From contig NC_043017.1 of assembly GCF_006345805.1 (NCBI RefSeq), positions 33,542,001 to 33,606,000 of the forward strand: a stretch of 64,000 bases of DNA, in the 5' to 3' direction. Below, one piece after another: positions 1-12,262 of the stretch; position 1 is the stretch's first letter, and every line of letters starts with the position of its first letter. The notes beneath the pieces were generated by a model. It did no database searches. It had not been told where the DNA came from and worked only from the letters and a program-made list of their open reading frames with translations. The stretch comes from Octopus sinensis (Eukaryota). The position numbers and the translations under genes are program-made.

Positions 1-868
1 TCACACATCAACAGCTTGATCTCAAACACTAGCCAGGAATGTATTCAGGAAAAAGAATTTACTCTTACCGGTTGAAGCAAGGAATAGTTATGTACGCTTT
101 GAACACAATTTCTATTGTGGTAGTTCCAGAACATTTTAGAGATTGAGCAATGTACGTATTTTCTTAGAGCATTGACTCTCAAGAACCTCTTTAAAATGAT
201 GGTCCTCCTCTTCATACTTAATAGTTATCATCATCATTGTAATCCACTCATGCAGGGAAACACTAGGAGTGGTAGACTGGAACATTTTGATATCAATTAC
301 TTTTGGGTTCAATCTGAGAAGACAAATTTCCAATGATATTGGCCATTTCTAATCATCCTCCTCATGACCGTCTTCGTCGTAATCCTCATCATCATCATCA
401 CCACCATCACAACCATGGAATAGCTGTACTATGTAATTCTCTAAGCGCTAGAAATAGTATCCAAATTCTCTTCAAAAGAACGCCTCCTATGTTAGAAAAC
501 AAAAGAAATTTACTTGAATAGGTAGTCCAGATACATCGTTTGAAAATAAGATGTCATCAATATGGCTTTGATCACAGGTCTTCAACAGAATTGACATGAG
601 AATAAAATGCTAACACAATTACCAGTCTCCTCCACATCTTATTGTTTTCTCCTCTTCCTCCACTTCTCGTCATAGTCATCATTATGTTTATTTTTACTTC
701 AAGTGTTCATGCCAGATAAAGGAGTGTTTCTTTAAGTTTCATTTTGCTATATATATATATTTTTACATGTATTTTGTCTATTTTCATATTCTTTTCTCTA
801 AACCACAATGGTTGTACATACATCTTTCAGGCTTCGGCGGTGGTTTCTTTTCGTTTGTTTGTTTTTTA

Positions 869-869
<1 letters not shown>

Positions 870-931
<62 letters not shown>

Positions 932-1038
932 GTTGTTGTTGTTGTTGTTATTATTATTATTTCAGTCATATTTCCACCCGGATCAAAGTTCAACGTTCGC
1001 TTCAAAGACGCTAGTAGGAATAACAGCAACAGTGGTGA

Positions 1039-1095
<57 letters not shown>

Positions 1096-1289
1096 AAGAG
1101 AAGAAGAAGAAGAAGAAGAAGAAGAAGAAGAAGAACACGAAAATTACCACCATCGCCACACAATATTAACATTAACAAAGAACAACAGCAATAACAAGAA
1201 CAATAATAAAAATAATAACGACTGTGATGATGATGATAATAATAAAAGTAAAATTCATAATAATAATAATTATAATGATGATAATAATG

Positions 1290-1320
<31 letters not shown>

Positions 1321-1470
1321 TGATGATGATAATGATAATAATAATAATAACAATAATAATAATAATGATAATAATAATAAATAATAATAATAACAACAAT
1401 AATAGTAATAATAATAATAGTAATAATAATAATGATAATAATAATAATAACAACAACAACTACAATAATA

Positions 1471-1519
<49 letters not shown>

Positions 1520-1547
1520 CAATAATAGTAATAATAATAATAACAAC

Positions 1548-1581
<34 letters not shown>

Positions 1582-1650
1582 GTAATAATAATAATAGTAA
1601 TAATAATAATAATAATAGTAATAATAATAATGATAATAATAATAATCTAT
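870..1650. repeat. Compound trinucleotide microsatellite block: (ATT)n/(GTT)n 870-962, (AGT)n then (AGA)n 1038-1136, long imperfect (AAT)n 1185-1650
   Basis: Directly visible; explains all low-complexity ORFs between 767 and 1731. Confidence 0.98.
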
Positions 1651-2073
1651 AATGACGAAGGAAAGAAAAATATTCATCATTTTCTAAAATTCTCTTTAAT
1701 CTTTTACTACCGTCTCAAACAAAATTTCTAATTCAATGATGAAACTAATCACTTAAATACTCCTTAATACTTCTGATAAAAAAAAAGAAAAGACAGTTTT
1801 CTGTGTTTCTTACTTTTCTTTACACCTTTCTCTTTCTAACTGAAAAACAAAACTAAAAAATGTGAAGTAGTAACAAAAAAAATGTTGAATAAAAAAATAC
1901 TTTTTTTAATTAAATTCAGTTAATAATTAATAGATTTTTCAAAGAACTGCTTCAAAATTTTTAATTATATAAATTACAAAAAGAGCATAAAAGAAGGGAA
2001 CATTGCGTAGAAGTTTTAGTTTAGTGACCCTCACAAAACAGCCCCCACCCATATCATTCACCACTCTCTTTGT

Positions 2074-2130
<57 letters not shown>

Positions 2131-2267
2131 TATATATATTATATATATATATATACATATATATACATATATAAATAGACTCACAGATATGCATACACAT
2201 GTGTCTGTATATGTCGCGTGTATGTATATATGTATTTGTAAGTATAGATATTCGTTGAGACACCTAA

Positions 2268-2313
<46 letters not shown>

Positions 2314-2451
2314 ATATTATGTATATATAAACATACATACACACATACATACATACCTGCATACATGTGATGCGTGCATGTGTAGCAAATTCTCCGTCGT
2401 TCACGACGATAACACTCAACTAGTAACCAACTGACTTTTTTTATACTTATA

Positions 2452-2836
2452 CTAGCAGTATTGCCCGGCGTTGCTCAGGTTTGTAAGGGAAATAACTATA
2501 AAGCATTTTTAGAGAGTTATAGCCAAAAAATAGCAAAAAAATGGAAAAAAAATGATGGTAAATTTTTTTTGAGATTTAAAAAAGGTGGAGTTGCGTCCCC
2601 TAGACAGTTTGTGGTTCGTGTTTCTGATTCTCGACCCCATGTGGAATTTATCGATTTTTTTCAGAACTGGAGAAACTTTTCAAAATTTTCGCTGCGTTAG
2701 TTTTGAATTATGACATTGGGCTATGTGTGTGTCAAGTTTCATCAGAATCGGTTGAAAGCCGTGGTCAGGGTGAGGGTGCAAGCAAACAGACACACAGAAA
2801 CACGCACAGACAAACTGCCGTTTATATATAGAGAGA
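2452..2836 (-). mobile_element. Non-autonomous Helitron
   Basis: Minus strand begins A|TCTCTCTATATATAAA and ends with a GC hairpin (cctgagcaacgccgggc) then CTAG|T: canonical 5'-TC, 3'-CTAG ends inserted in an AT target without TSD. Confidence 0.8.
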
Positions 2837-3478
2837 TGTAAGGTGTTAGCGACTGAGATTCTGAAGTTTGAATAATCTTATCTTAATCCTAAGATCAAAT
2901 TGGCATGAGTTGATGTGATAAGTTTGGGCCTTTGATTTATTTGTACAATCGTGAGGAAATGATAAATGGAGAGTCGTTGAAGGTAAGAGAGCGTGAGAGA
3001 GATAGTGAGAGAGGGAACAGGAAAATAACAAATCTAATACTAGCCTTTTATTTAACAAACACAAACTTTTGAAACAAACTGGAACAAATAGCTGAAATTC
3101 TAACCATTACTCAGCCGATTCCTCCATTTTGCCACCGTAAATATGCGAAGGGAAGTCGAAAGTTATCCGCCCTTTCGCCATAGCATGTCTTTATTATTGT
3201 TGCATTGCCTTCTGTGCATGCTTGCTTATAGTTAGTACTGTTGTAGTCAAGTGATCAAAGTTGCAGTCTGATCACACCATTTTACTTTCTGGCTTTAGAG
3301 TATCAGCATGGCCGCTCCACTCTGAATGTGCACCAAATAAGAGCAAAGAGCAGTGATCTTTAGTCGGATGGTGTCCCTGGATGAACTAATTTCAGCTATG
3401 GCTGTGATCATGCACTCTGTAATTTAGCAAGTCAAAGGGGCTTGTAACATCCACGAGTGGTGTGAGGGTGGCAGAAAC

Positions 3479-3706
3479 GGCGAGCTGGCAGAAACGTTAG
3501 CACGCCAGGCGAGATGCTTAGCGGTATTTTGTCTGCCGCTACGTTCTGAGTTCAAATTCCGCCGAGGTCGACTTTGCCTTTCATCCTTTCGGGGTCGATA
3601 AATTAAGTACCAGTTACGCACTGGGGTCGATGTAATCGACTTAATCCCTTTGTCTGTTCTTGTTTGTCCCCTCTGTGTTTAGCCCCTTGTGGGTAGTAAA
3701 GAAATA
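3479..3706 (+). mobile_element. tRNA-derived SINE, family A (ggcgagctggcagaaacg... head), full length
   Basis: B-box-like GAGTTCAAATTCC and core gcctttcatcctttcggggtcgataaattaagtaccag; several other copies in the window; 13-bp direct repeat ggtgtgagggtgg at 3459-3471 and 3707-3719 (TSD). Confidence 0.92.
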
Positions 3707-3914
3707 GGTGTGAGGGTGGATCAAACGCTTTCTTGTAACCCAATCACACTGAAACCAGGTTCTTTCCGTTCTGCCGCGCCTCAGACATTACAGTTTGATT
3801 AGCAATAATTGCTCGGCATATCACCTAAATCCCTTCTCCCTAGCTGGTTGTTCTGTTGTGATGATATCTCTTTCAAAATGGTCTCGGATGAATAGTTTTA
3901 AACTGGTTGAATAT

Positions 3915-4338
3915 AGGCGTAAGAGTGGCTGTGGGGTAAGTAGCTTGCTTACGAACCACATGGTTCCGGGTTCAGTCCCACTGCGTGGCACCTTGGGCAA
4001 GTGTTTTCTCCTATAACCTCGGGCCAACCAAAGCCCTGTGAGTGGATTTAGTAGATGGAAACTGAAAGAAGCCCGTCGTATATATATATGTATATATATA
4101 TGTATGTGTGTGTATTATGTTTGTGTGTCTGTGTTTGTCTCACCAACATCGCTTGACAACCGATGCTGGTGTGTTCACGTCTCCGTAACTTAGCGGTTCG
4201 GCAAAAGAAACCGATAGAATAAGTACTGGGCTTACAAAAGAATAAGTCCTGGGGTCGATTTGCTCGACTAAAGGCGGTACTCCAGCATGGCCACAGTCAA
4301 ATGACTGAACCAAATAAAAGAGTAAAGAGTAAAAGAGA
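3915..4338 (+). mobile_element. tRNA-derived SINE, family B (aggcgcaggagtggctgtgtgg... head), full length
   Basis: A-box TGGCTGTGGGG, B-box GGTTCAGTCCC, internal (TA)/(TG) tract, (AAAGAGT)n tail; colinear with the copies at 52478, 50425 and 58205. Confidence 0.93.
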
Positions 4339-5278
4339 GTATATGTTATACATTAGACTCTGGTACTTAATCGTCATGAAGGTAGTTTTGCTTTGGTGCT
4401 TTGCCAGATTTTGCTGGGGACTAACCATTGTAGTATGCTACTATTCCCATTAGGCGAGCTTTCTGGTACAGGTTGATAAGATACATTCGATAAATGATTA
4501 GTTTCTTTTACCAGTAATCCAACAATCAAGTCTATTCTTGATACTGAAGTGTTATACAGAGACAATAATTAATTTGAATATCTTCCGGTCATAGATCGTT
4601 TAGCTTAAACTATTTTTCCTTGCTTAAGATTTTTTTTTCCGGAAGAAATTTTTATGTTATTTACTTCTCTTTTCCTGTCTCTGTACAATGCTACATGGTT
4701 CCGGTTAAATCTTCTGTTTATTGTTTTTCTTTCGCTTACTCTGCTCTGATGTCGGAGTTTCTCACTGACACCTTTTCACTCCTGCTTGAGGAGGATCAGG
4801 TTTCAACTGAAAGTTCTCTTTTTGCTATTTCCAAACATTACTTCCTTCACTACCTCCTTCACTTATTTTTGGTGAGGTTGTATTGTGATTTTATTGACTG
4901 CAGGCAATAAGCACCTTCACACAGCTGATAATCTTCCATAAGTCAACTAAATATCTTTTTCTCTCTTTTCAAAACCCATCATGGCAATCTTTACATTGTT
5001 TCGGTTTTGTGTGTCGTTCACGTATTAATTTATAGTTGCAGACAATGCATATAAACAGGTGTTCATCTGCCAGAATGAGGAATCATTGAAATATTGAAAA
5101 TACCCAATTATTAATAGCTCTTAATATCATCTATTTTGATACTTTTAATTACTTTGGCAGAATATTTTAATGTCAAAGTTATTTCTTTCTTGAAAATATT
5201 TATTAAGGACATATTTCACCGAAATATATGTGTATATATATATGTATATATTATGTATATATATGTATATATATGTAT

Positions 5279-5361
<83 letters not shown>

Positions 5362-5400
5362 ATGTGTGTGTGTGCGTATTATATATATATATATATATAA

Positions 5401-5660
5401 AATTAGAAAAAAAACACCTTTTATCAATTCAAAATGAACAATTAAATTACGCCAACTAGAAAATTACATATAATAGAAAAATGGAAATTAAAATAATAAA
5501 ACGTCAAAGATTAAGTAAATTGCAAAAAATAATAATAAAAACGTATATAATAGGTTTATATCAAAAATCAACACACCGAACAGACCGACGCATGCGCAGT
5601 AAGCAAGCTACTTACCACACAGCCACTCCTGCGCCTATTTTATATATGTATGTATATGTG

Positions 5661-5699
<39 letters not shown>

Positions 5700-5854
5700 C
5701 CTATTATATACGTTAATTATATTTTTTGCTATTTACTTAATCTTTGACATTTTATTGGTATTTTAATTTCAATTATTCTATTATAAGCAATTTTCTAGAT
5801 GGTGTAATTTAATTGTTCATTTTGAATGATAAAAAGGTGGGGTTTTTTCTAATT
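5401..5854. repeat. Diverged inverted repeat pair (arms ~5401-5555 and ~5700-5854), foldback-like
   Basis: Reverse complement of 5700-5854 aligns to 5401-5555 at roughly 85% by eye. Confidence 0.85.
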
Positions 5855-5947
5855 TTTTATACATCCATTATATTGTCTGAAATTTGATTTAGTATTTCTA
5901 AATTGAATTTTTTCCTTGCAAGTTTGGATTTCATTCCGTCAAATAAT

Positions 5948-6008
<61 letters not shown>

Positions 6009-6061
6009 TATAGATATATGTATATGTATGTATGTATGTATGTAAGTATGTATGTATGATA

Positions 6062-6092
<31 letters not shown>

Positions 6093-6246
6093 TATATAGA
6101 TATATGTATATGTATGTATGTATATATATATATGTATGTATATATATATATATATATACATATATAAAATAGGCGCAGGAGTGGCTGTGTGGTAAGTGGC
6201 TTGCTTACTGCGCATGCGTCGGTCTGTTCGGTGTGTTGATTTTTGA
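5561..6246. repeat. Near-identical inverted repeat pair (5561-5650 and 6158-6246) containing the family-B SINE head
   Basis: tcaaaaatcaacacaccgaacagaccgacgcatgcgcagtaagcaagc(t/c)acttaccacacagccactcctgcgcctattttatatat on opposite strands, one mismatch seen. Confidence 0.92.
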
Positions 6247-7810
6247 CGAGTCGGACGGAATTTTTGTGCTGCCTGGCAGCGGTTTGTCGGTGGGTGTTAT
6301 ATCGGTGGAAAAAATGTATTCAGACCTTGGCGAGTATGAGCTATCCTCAGCGAAGGAGGAGCTCGTTAAGGCATTAAATAGAATGGATGAGCATTTGGAA
6401 AGAGTAAAGAGTGTTGCTGAGGCTGTGCAGGTGATGAGAAGGGAGGTGGAACTGCCCGGACAGAAGGAGCTGAGTAGGATGACACAGAGGGTGGGCGGTG
6501 ACGTGAAGTTGTAACCCCCGAAAAGAGTTATGGAAAATATGGAAAAGACGACCATTACTTACCAGGTGTAATCAGTGGAGAGTAGGAAGTTAGAACAGAT
6601 GAAAATAGAAAAAATTAGAAAAGGCATTGAAAAGACTTTCGAAGGACGTGACATTCATAGTGAAAGGAAGTAGATATGGGACGGTGGTTGTCCAGTTTGG
6701 GACAGCAGGGGAGCAAAGAAGGCTGGTGAGTGCAACGGTGAAAGTGGAGGAAGTGGTACTTCTACCCACGTACCTTGGAAGGAAGACTTCTAAGGTGAGG
6801 GTAGAGGAAATCCACCCGATATAGAAATGGAGTGGGTTGCGGCAGCCGTCCTCGTTGGAAGTGAGGAGGAGGTGGCTGTCCTCCAAGCTCCGGAAACGGA
6901 GGACGGAGGATGGAGAGGAAAACACTGGACCTCCTTATACAGGCAGAGGAGAGGCAATTGGAGAGTATGGCGGAGACGGTGACGTTAGGAGAGATTATGT
7001 TAAGAGTGGGTGTGGAAGGCAGAATCCCGCGATGATTTTAATGTGGCAAAAAGGGCCACATTAGAGCGCACTGACCTCTGCAGAGGAAAACAACAGAAGG
7101 AGCGGTTGTGGAGACGGAGGAGAAGAGAGAACAAACAGAAGGAATGAGGAAGAGTGGATAGTGACAGACAGTAAAAGGAAGAAGAGGAAGAAAAGGAAGA
7201 ACAGAGTGCATTATATGGTACCCCAGACCAGCTCCATCCCACCCAAGACCATTCAGACCTACCCACCCCATAGAGACATCAAAACAACCCACCCACCCCC
7301 TTTCTCCACAAGAAAAAGAAGAAAGAACAGACACCACAAAATTTACAAGACCCGTCCCCCGGTGAAGAAGGTTACCTCTACATGGAGGACAGAGATTTGT
7401 CACTCAGCGATGGGGAAAGCGGAAAAAGGACTAGACTAGAGACTAAAAAAGACTATCGTCTTGGTTTAACAGCCCTCACCGTTTATTTTTACTGTCTTGT
7501 TCTCACTGTCCTGCTCTTGTTACTGTTTTGTTCTCACTGTCCTGCTCTTGTTACGACTTTCACCCTTCGCAAAAAAATCCCAAATTGAATTAAATTTGCT
7601 TTGCGGAAAGGATTGTTTCAACGAAGTCGCATATTGTCCTTGCTTTCGCACGCGGAGTAGATGAAACAGGGACAATTGATGAAGGGGAATATTATTTATG
7701 TCTCGTTTGTCTGTTTTTTCGTTGTTAAAAAAAAAGTTCGTTTTCTATGTTTTTGTCTTTATGCTTTCGTTTCTCATTGAGTTCAACGTTTTTTAATGTC
7801 CTGTACCCAT
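6171..7810 (+). mobile_element. Decayed gag/ORF1-only retroelement (L1/Tx1-type ORF1-like), no ORF2
   Basis: GC/purine-rich frameshifted reading from ATG 6314 (coiled-coil-like EELVKALNRMDEHLERVKSV; RRM-like GSRYGTVVVQF...LLPTYLGRKTSKVRV) to 7033-7074, which reads *F*CGKKGHIRAH*, exact CX2CX4HX4C spacing with two Cys changed to TGA; followed by a non-coding tail with no EN/RT. Confidence 0.72.
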
Positions 7811-7945
7811 ATATGCATGTATATATACATATAGATGTAGGTATGTACATCTATGTATGTATATATATGCATATATTTATATATTATTTATATTATTATA
7901 TGTATATATCTATATGTATGTTTATGTGTGTGTTGTATATATATT

Positions 7946-8026
<81 letters not shown>

Positions 8027-8035
8027 TATATATAT

Positions 8036-8215
8036 ATCTGTAAATGTAATATATGTGACAATTATTCAGTAGCCATGTTAAAACTGCGAGTTTCGGATGC
8101 CGAGGTGGATGACCGGATAACTGAAGAGATGGTGGCGTGGATTTCCACCTCGGCATCTGAATGTCGGAGTTTCATCATGGCTACCGAATAATCGCCACAT
8201 ATTACATTTACAGAT
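8036..8215. mobile_element. Small foldback/MITE-like hairpin (arms 8036-8109 and 8144-8215)
   Basis: ~73-bp inverted arms at about 85% identity around a 34-bp loop; several mismatches are CpG-type transitions. Confidence 0.8.
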
Positions 8216-8571
8216 GAATTCCTCTATTTACATAATATCGAGGTCTCTTTCTTTTGTTTTCTTAACATTTTTATCAATATATATATACATATATTTTTTT
8301 TTATCAATATATATATATATATATACAAGATAAGAAAATGGAGAAATACATCTAAATCAAATATCAATTACCAGATAATACTCAATCACATACCTTATTA
8401 AACCACCACATAAGAGGCTGTAGGGTTAAACATAAAAAAGCAGAACAAATCAGTGTACATAAAGGAATGTACATGAAAAAGTGTACATAAAAGAGTAATG
8501 TTGAAAAATAAATAGAATATATATAAAAAAGAGAATATAAATATAAGTAAATATCGATATAAGTATAGATT

Positions 8572-8702
8572 ACATCTTACAGCTGTTTCGGCCATGTAGG
8601 TAAGTATATCTCATTTTACCAATATTAGCCTTTTATGGTAGGTCAATATATAGATATAAATGAGACATTTACAAAAATATCATAAGGCCTCTTCGGAGAT
8701 AT
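8572..8702 (-). ncRNA. Hammerhead ribozyme motif (minimal type I) with a core mutation
   Basis: Minus strand: ATATCT-CCGAAGA-GGCC-(~90 nt)-GGCC-GAAA-C-AGCT-GTA-AGATGT; stem I 6 bp, stem II GGCC/GGCC, palindromic stem III ACAGCTGT; the core reads CCGAAGA instead of CUGANGA. Confidence 0.7.
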
Positions 8703-8959
8703 ACATATACATATGAGTGCATATACTCACACTCCTATACATATAAAAATATACATATACATAATAATGTAAATACATAATATAAATTAGTAAACATATA
8801 TACGTGTGTATTTTACCTTTGCCCATATAATACAGTAAATGAATTGATTGCATCGCAATCCTTAACATTTATGTATTAACTTTGTTGGGTACTTCACTAG
8901 CAGTATATTGGATATATGTTATCCCATGGAGGGTTGCATTTACAACCCCTATCTCAATT

Positions 8960-9014
<55 letters not shown>

Positions 9015-9016
9015 CA

Positions 9017-9062
<46 letters not shown>

Positions 9063-9142
9063 ATAAAAATATATATATATATTATATATATATATTTATA
9101 TATATATAAGTATGAGCCTCATACTTATATGTTTAATCTAGG

Positions 9143-9213
9143 CTTGCCTGATGATGAAGACTTCGTCTGCAGATTATTTTATTTGTTAAAAATTTCAGAA
9201 ACCATGGTCCAGG
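9143..9213 (+). ncRNA. Hammerhead ribozyme motif (minimal type I), core intact, stem I imperfect
   Basis: CTTG-C-CTGATGA-TGAA-(35 nt)-TTCA-GAAA-C-CATG-GTC-CAGG; palindromic stem III ACCATGGT, GUC triplet; stem I needs a 1-nt bulge and stem II opens with U-A. Confidence 0.7.
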
Positions 9214-12157
9214 AGATAGATGGTAAATGTTTTTATTTTTCATTCACTTCGACGTTTATCTCTAATAGTGGTTTTGGTTTTGGCTGTTCCTTCTAGCATG
9301 CCAGGAATGCTATGACAGATACCTCTTATGTGTTTAAATGTATTTATATGAATAATATATAGTCTATTGACTATTTTTTCTACACCCTAGGCCACTGGTA
9401 GTAAAGAATTTCTAAAACTTTTATTACCCTGATATTATTAATTATCTACACACACACACACACATATATATATATTATATATATATTACATATATATATA
9501 CATATATATAAGTATGCATGTGTGTGTGTGCGACGTATGTATGTATGTGTGCATGCATATATGTGTGTATGAATGTATGTGTATGCGTGTGTATATATGT
9601 GTGTGTCATGAGCTTTTAAGTCGTTGAAGCATTCCGAATCTCCATTGTTAAATATTTTACTCTGCCTCTAATAAACCATTCATTAGTGGAAATAGCAGAT
9701 AGCTAAGCAAAATTACTTTTTTACCTCAAGTCCTCGCCAAATACCGCAGCACAATGGCCCCCTACCGCTGTTTCTTCACCGCCATAACACATTTATTGTC
9801 CCCATCTGCAAAGTCATAATCGTCGTCACCAACACCACTAGAACCGCTTCTTAGACTACTATAATAACACAAAAATAATGATCACTCTTATAAAATTTGT
9901 TTCCCAATTAAATTTAATAAAAAATGTAATGACTACAAAATCTAGAATAAAGAATAAAAAGCAAGTTGCTGGTTTTTGTCTTTATTTTTCACTTCTTCCC
10001 CCGTAGGTACCACTATACTTTATTTTTATATTTGTTTTCACTTTTCCAAGTCTTTAACAAATAGCTTTTATCAATACAAAGATATCATGCAATCTATTTC
10101 CAACCATTTCTAGGAGAGAATATTTTTAGAAGTAACTTCTTTATTTATCTATTTAGTTAGTAAGATAGTTGCTCCCAGGTGAATGTGTTTATTTCAATTT
10201 TGGTTTTTATGAGATTTCTCCAATGTTCTGTTAAGTGTGAAGAAATACGAGAGGAAAGAAATGAGAAAGGATCAACGAGCCAGGCAATATAGAGAAGAAT
10301 GAAAAGAAAGAAAAAAAAGCTAATAACAAAAGGAAAAAATATCCTGCGCCGTACCAAATAGACATTTGTAAGCTTTCAATCTAGGAAAATGCTGCAGAAC
10401 AAATGAGAGAGAGAAAAAAAGAAACTGAAAAACTAAGAGACAACTTCGGTCTAAATTGTTAAAGAAAAAAAGAATATGCAAAGAAGTGTTGAAACACTTT
10501 TCACAAACCTCTTGATTCTATGTGAAAGATTTTGTTAACATATAGGAGTGAAAATAATCTTCGATCGGATTGGATTGGATTTTGAAGTTGATCTTTGGAC
10601 TGCGATTATAAATGTTGCCAGCAAAATATCCCGAAACAGAATTGAACTCTCGAGCTCTAGTAATAATGCCCAAGAATATTTCTTTATAAAATGTTTCCTT
10701 TTTACTGTTTCCTTTGCCGTTTCCGGTGGTTGCACTGATGGGATATTATTTTCTCCCTTTCTGAGAAGTTATTGTTGTAACTGATGGAAGGGTCAATTTA
10801 ATGCTGGTTCTTCAGCTATAAATCATCTGTATATTCGCTGAGGGGATCAAATGAATGAAGCAGAGCGAAATGATTGTCTTGAGTAGAGAATACAAGGACA
10901 GGTAAAATTTTAATGGGTATTCTCACTAACTCAATTTCTAAAATCCACATATATTGTCTTTTATTCTTTAAACTTTCGAATATAATCAGGTAGGTACAAC
11001 AGTTAATCACATGTTGTTTAATGCTAAATCTAAGTCATACACAATTATGATTCAGCATCAATTTTCTGATTTTATTTTACCCAGTGAAACGATTTAAGGT
11101 TTATTTCATGCATATGATTTCTAAAAATGCCCCATCAGATTATCCATAAAAGTTAACAAAGCGCATATCAACTGAACTGCTCTCAAGCTTATTATAATAT
11201 GCGTTACGTCTTCGCACGGCATAAACTAATTATTGTTCGATTGTTCGACTATCCCGTAATAGGGGACAGGTCAAGATTTCAAGTTACACAAAAGAGGCTG
11301 TGTAAAGCTGAAAGGCAAAGTGTATAAGTTAATCTTTGAAATGCCTTTTTCATCGGAAACTAGAAAGAAAACCGTTATTATAAGAATCATCCCGGAAAGT
11401 AATGGAATCAGATAAAAAGGAAATTTTATCTTCCAAAAAGATTACAAAAAGGGCTCTAGGCTGAGAATTTAACATTATTAATGAAATTAGGGAAATTAAA
11501 AAGCTACTTAATTCAATTTTGCATGAACTATAGCTAAATATATATTAGATATAACTTTCTTTTATTAGCCACACAGGGCTGATATATTAGATATAATAAG
11601 CCTATTCAATATTGTGCAAAGTATTATAGTAAGGGATTCAATAAATCAGACATTTATATAATCAGTGTTACGTTATTGCACAAATCCGTTATCACGCATA
11701 CACACACGCACTATATATATATATATATATATGGCAATTCTCACTCACCAAGCTTCACTAAAGACTGCTAAAAGAGTGAAAAATATCCCCAGTTTTCAGC
11801 GTGTTATTCGATAATGCAGGTGTCGGCGTAAAGCGTATATTACGCTAATATTTCATCCCGGCTGCTTGTCATTTGAATTTCCAGGCAGCATTTATGCTTT
11901 AAATGATGTTGATACCGCCATTTGATACTGTCTAGGTGTTGAAACTATAGTGGTATCTGTTAGACAGCTGAAGATGGGAATGCATTTTTGATATGCTTCT
12001 TATTCTGAAGCGTCTTCCAATCTCTTAAGCTTGAACACGTTTTTATTTCATGGTTTATGCTAATGATGTATATTGATATTGCTTGATTTATTTCATAGAT
12101 ATATTTATGAAGGCAGGATAATACTTAATGGTTACCAGTATTGAGAGGTTCTGTGGC

Positions 12158-12219
12158 ATAGCCTCGGGTCGACCAAAGCCTTGTGAGTGGATTTGGTAGA
12201 CGGAAACTGAAAGAAGCCC

Positions 12220-12262
<43 letters not shown>

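Noticed and set aside
1-640. Possible pogo/Tigger C-terminus or exon on the minus strand (RRSFEE...ISSA*, acidic DDDDEDYDED tract; donor-like site near 69)
   Set aside because: Multiple stops and frameshifts, and no catalytic motif I could recognise
8036-8215. Pre-miRNA call
   Set aside because: Arms too long, with the CpG-type decay of a DNA repeat; no recognisable mature miRNA
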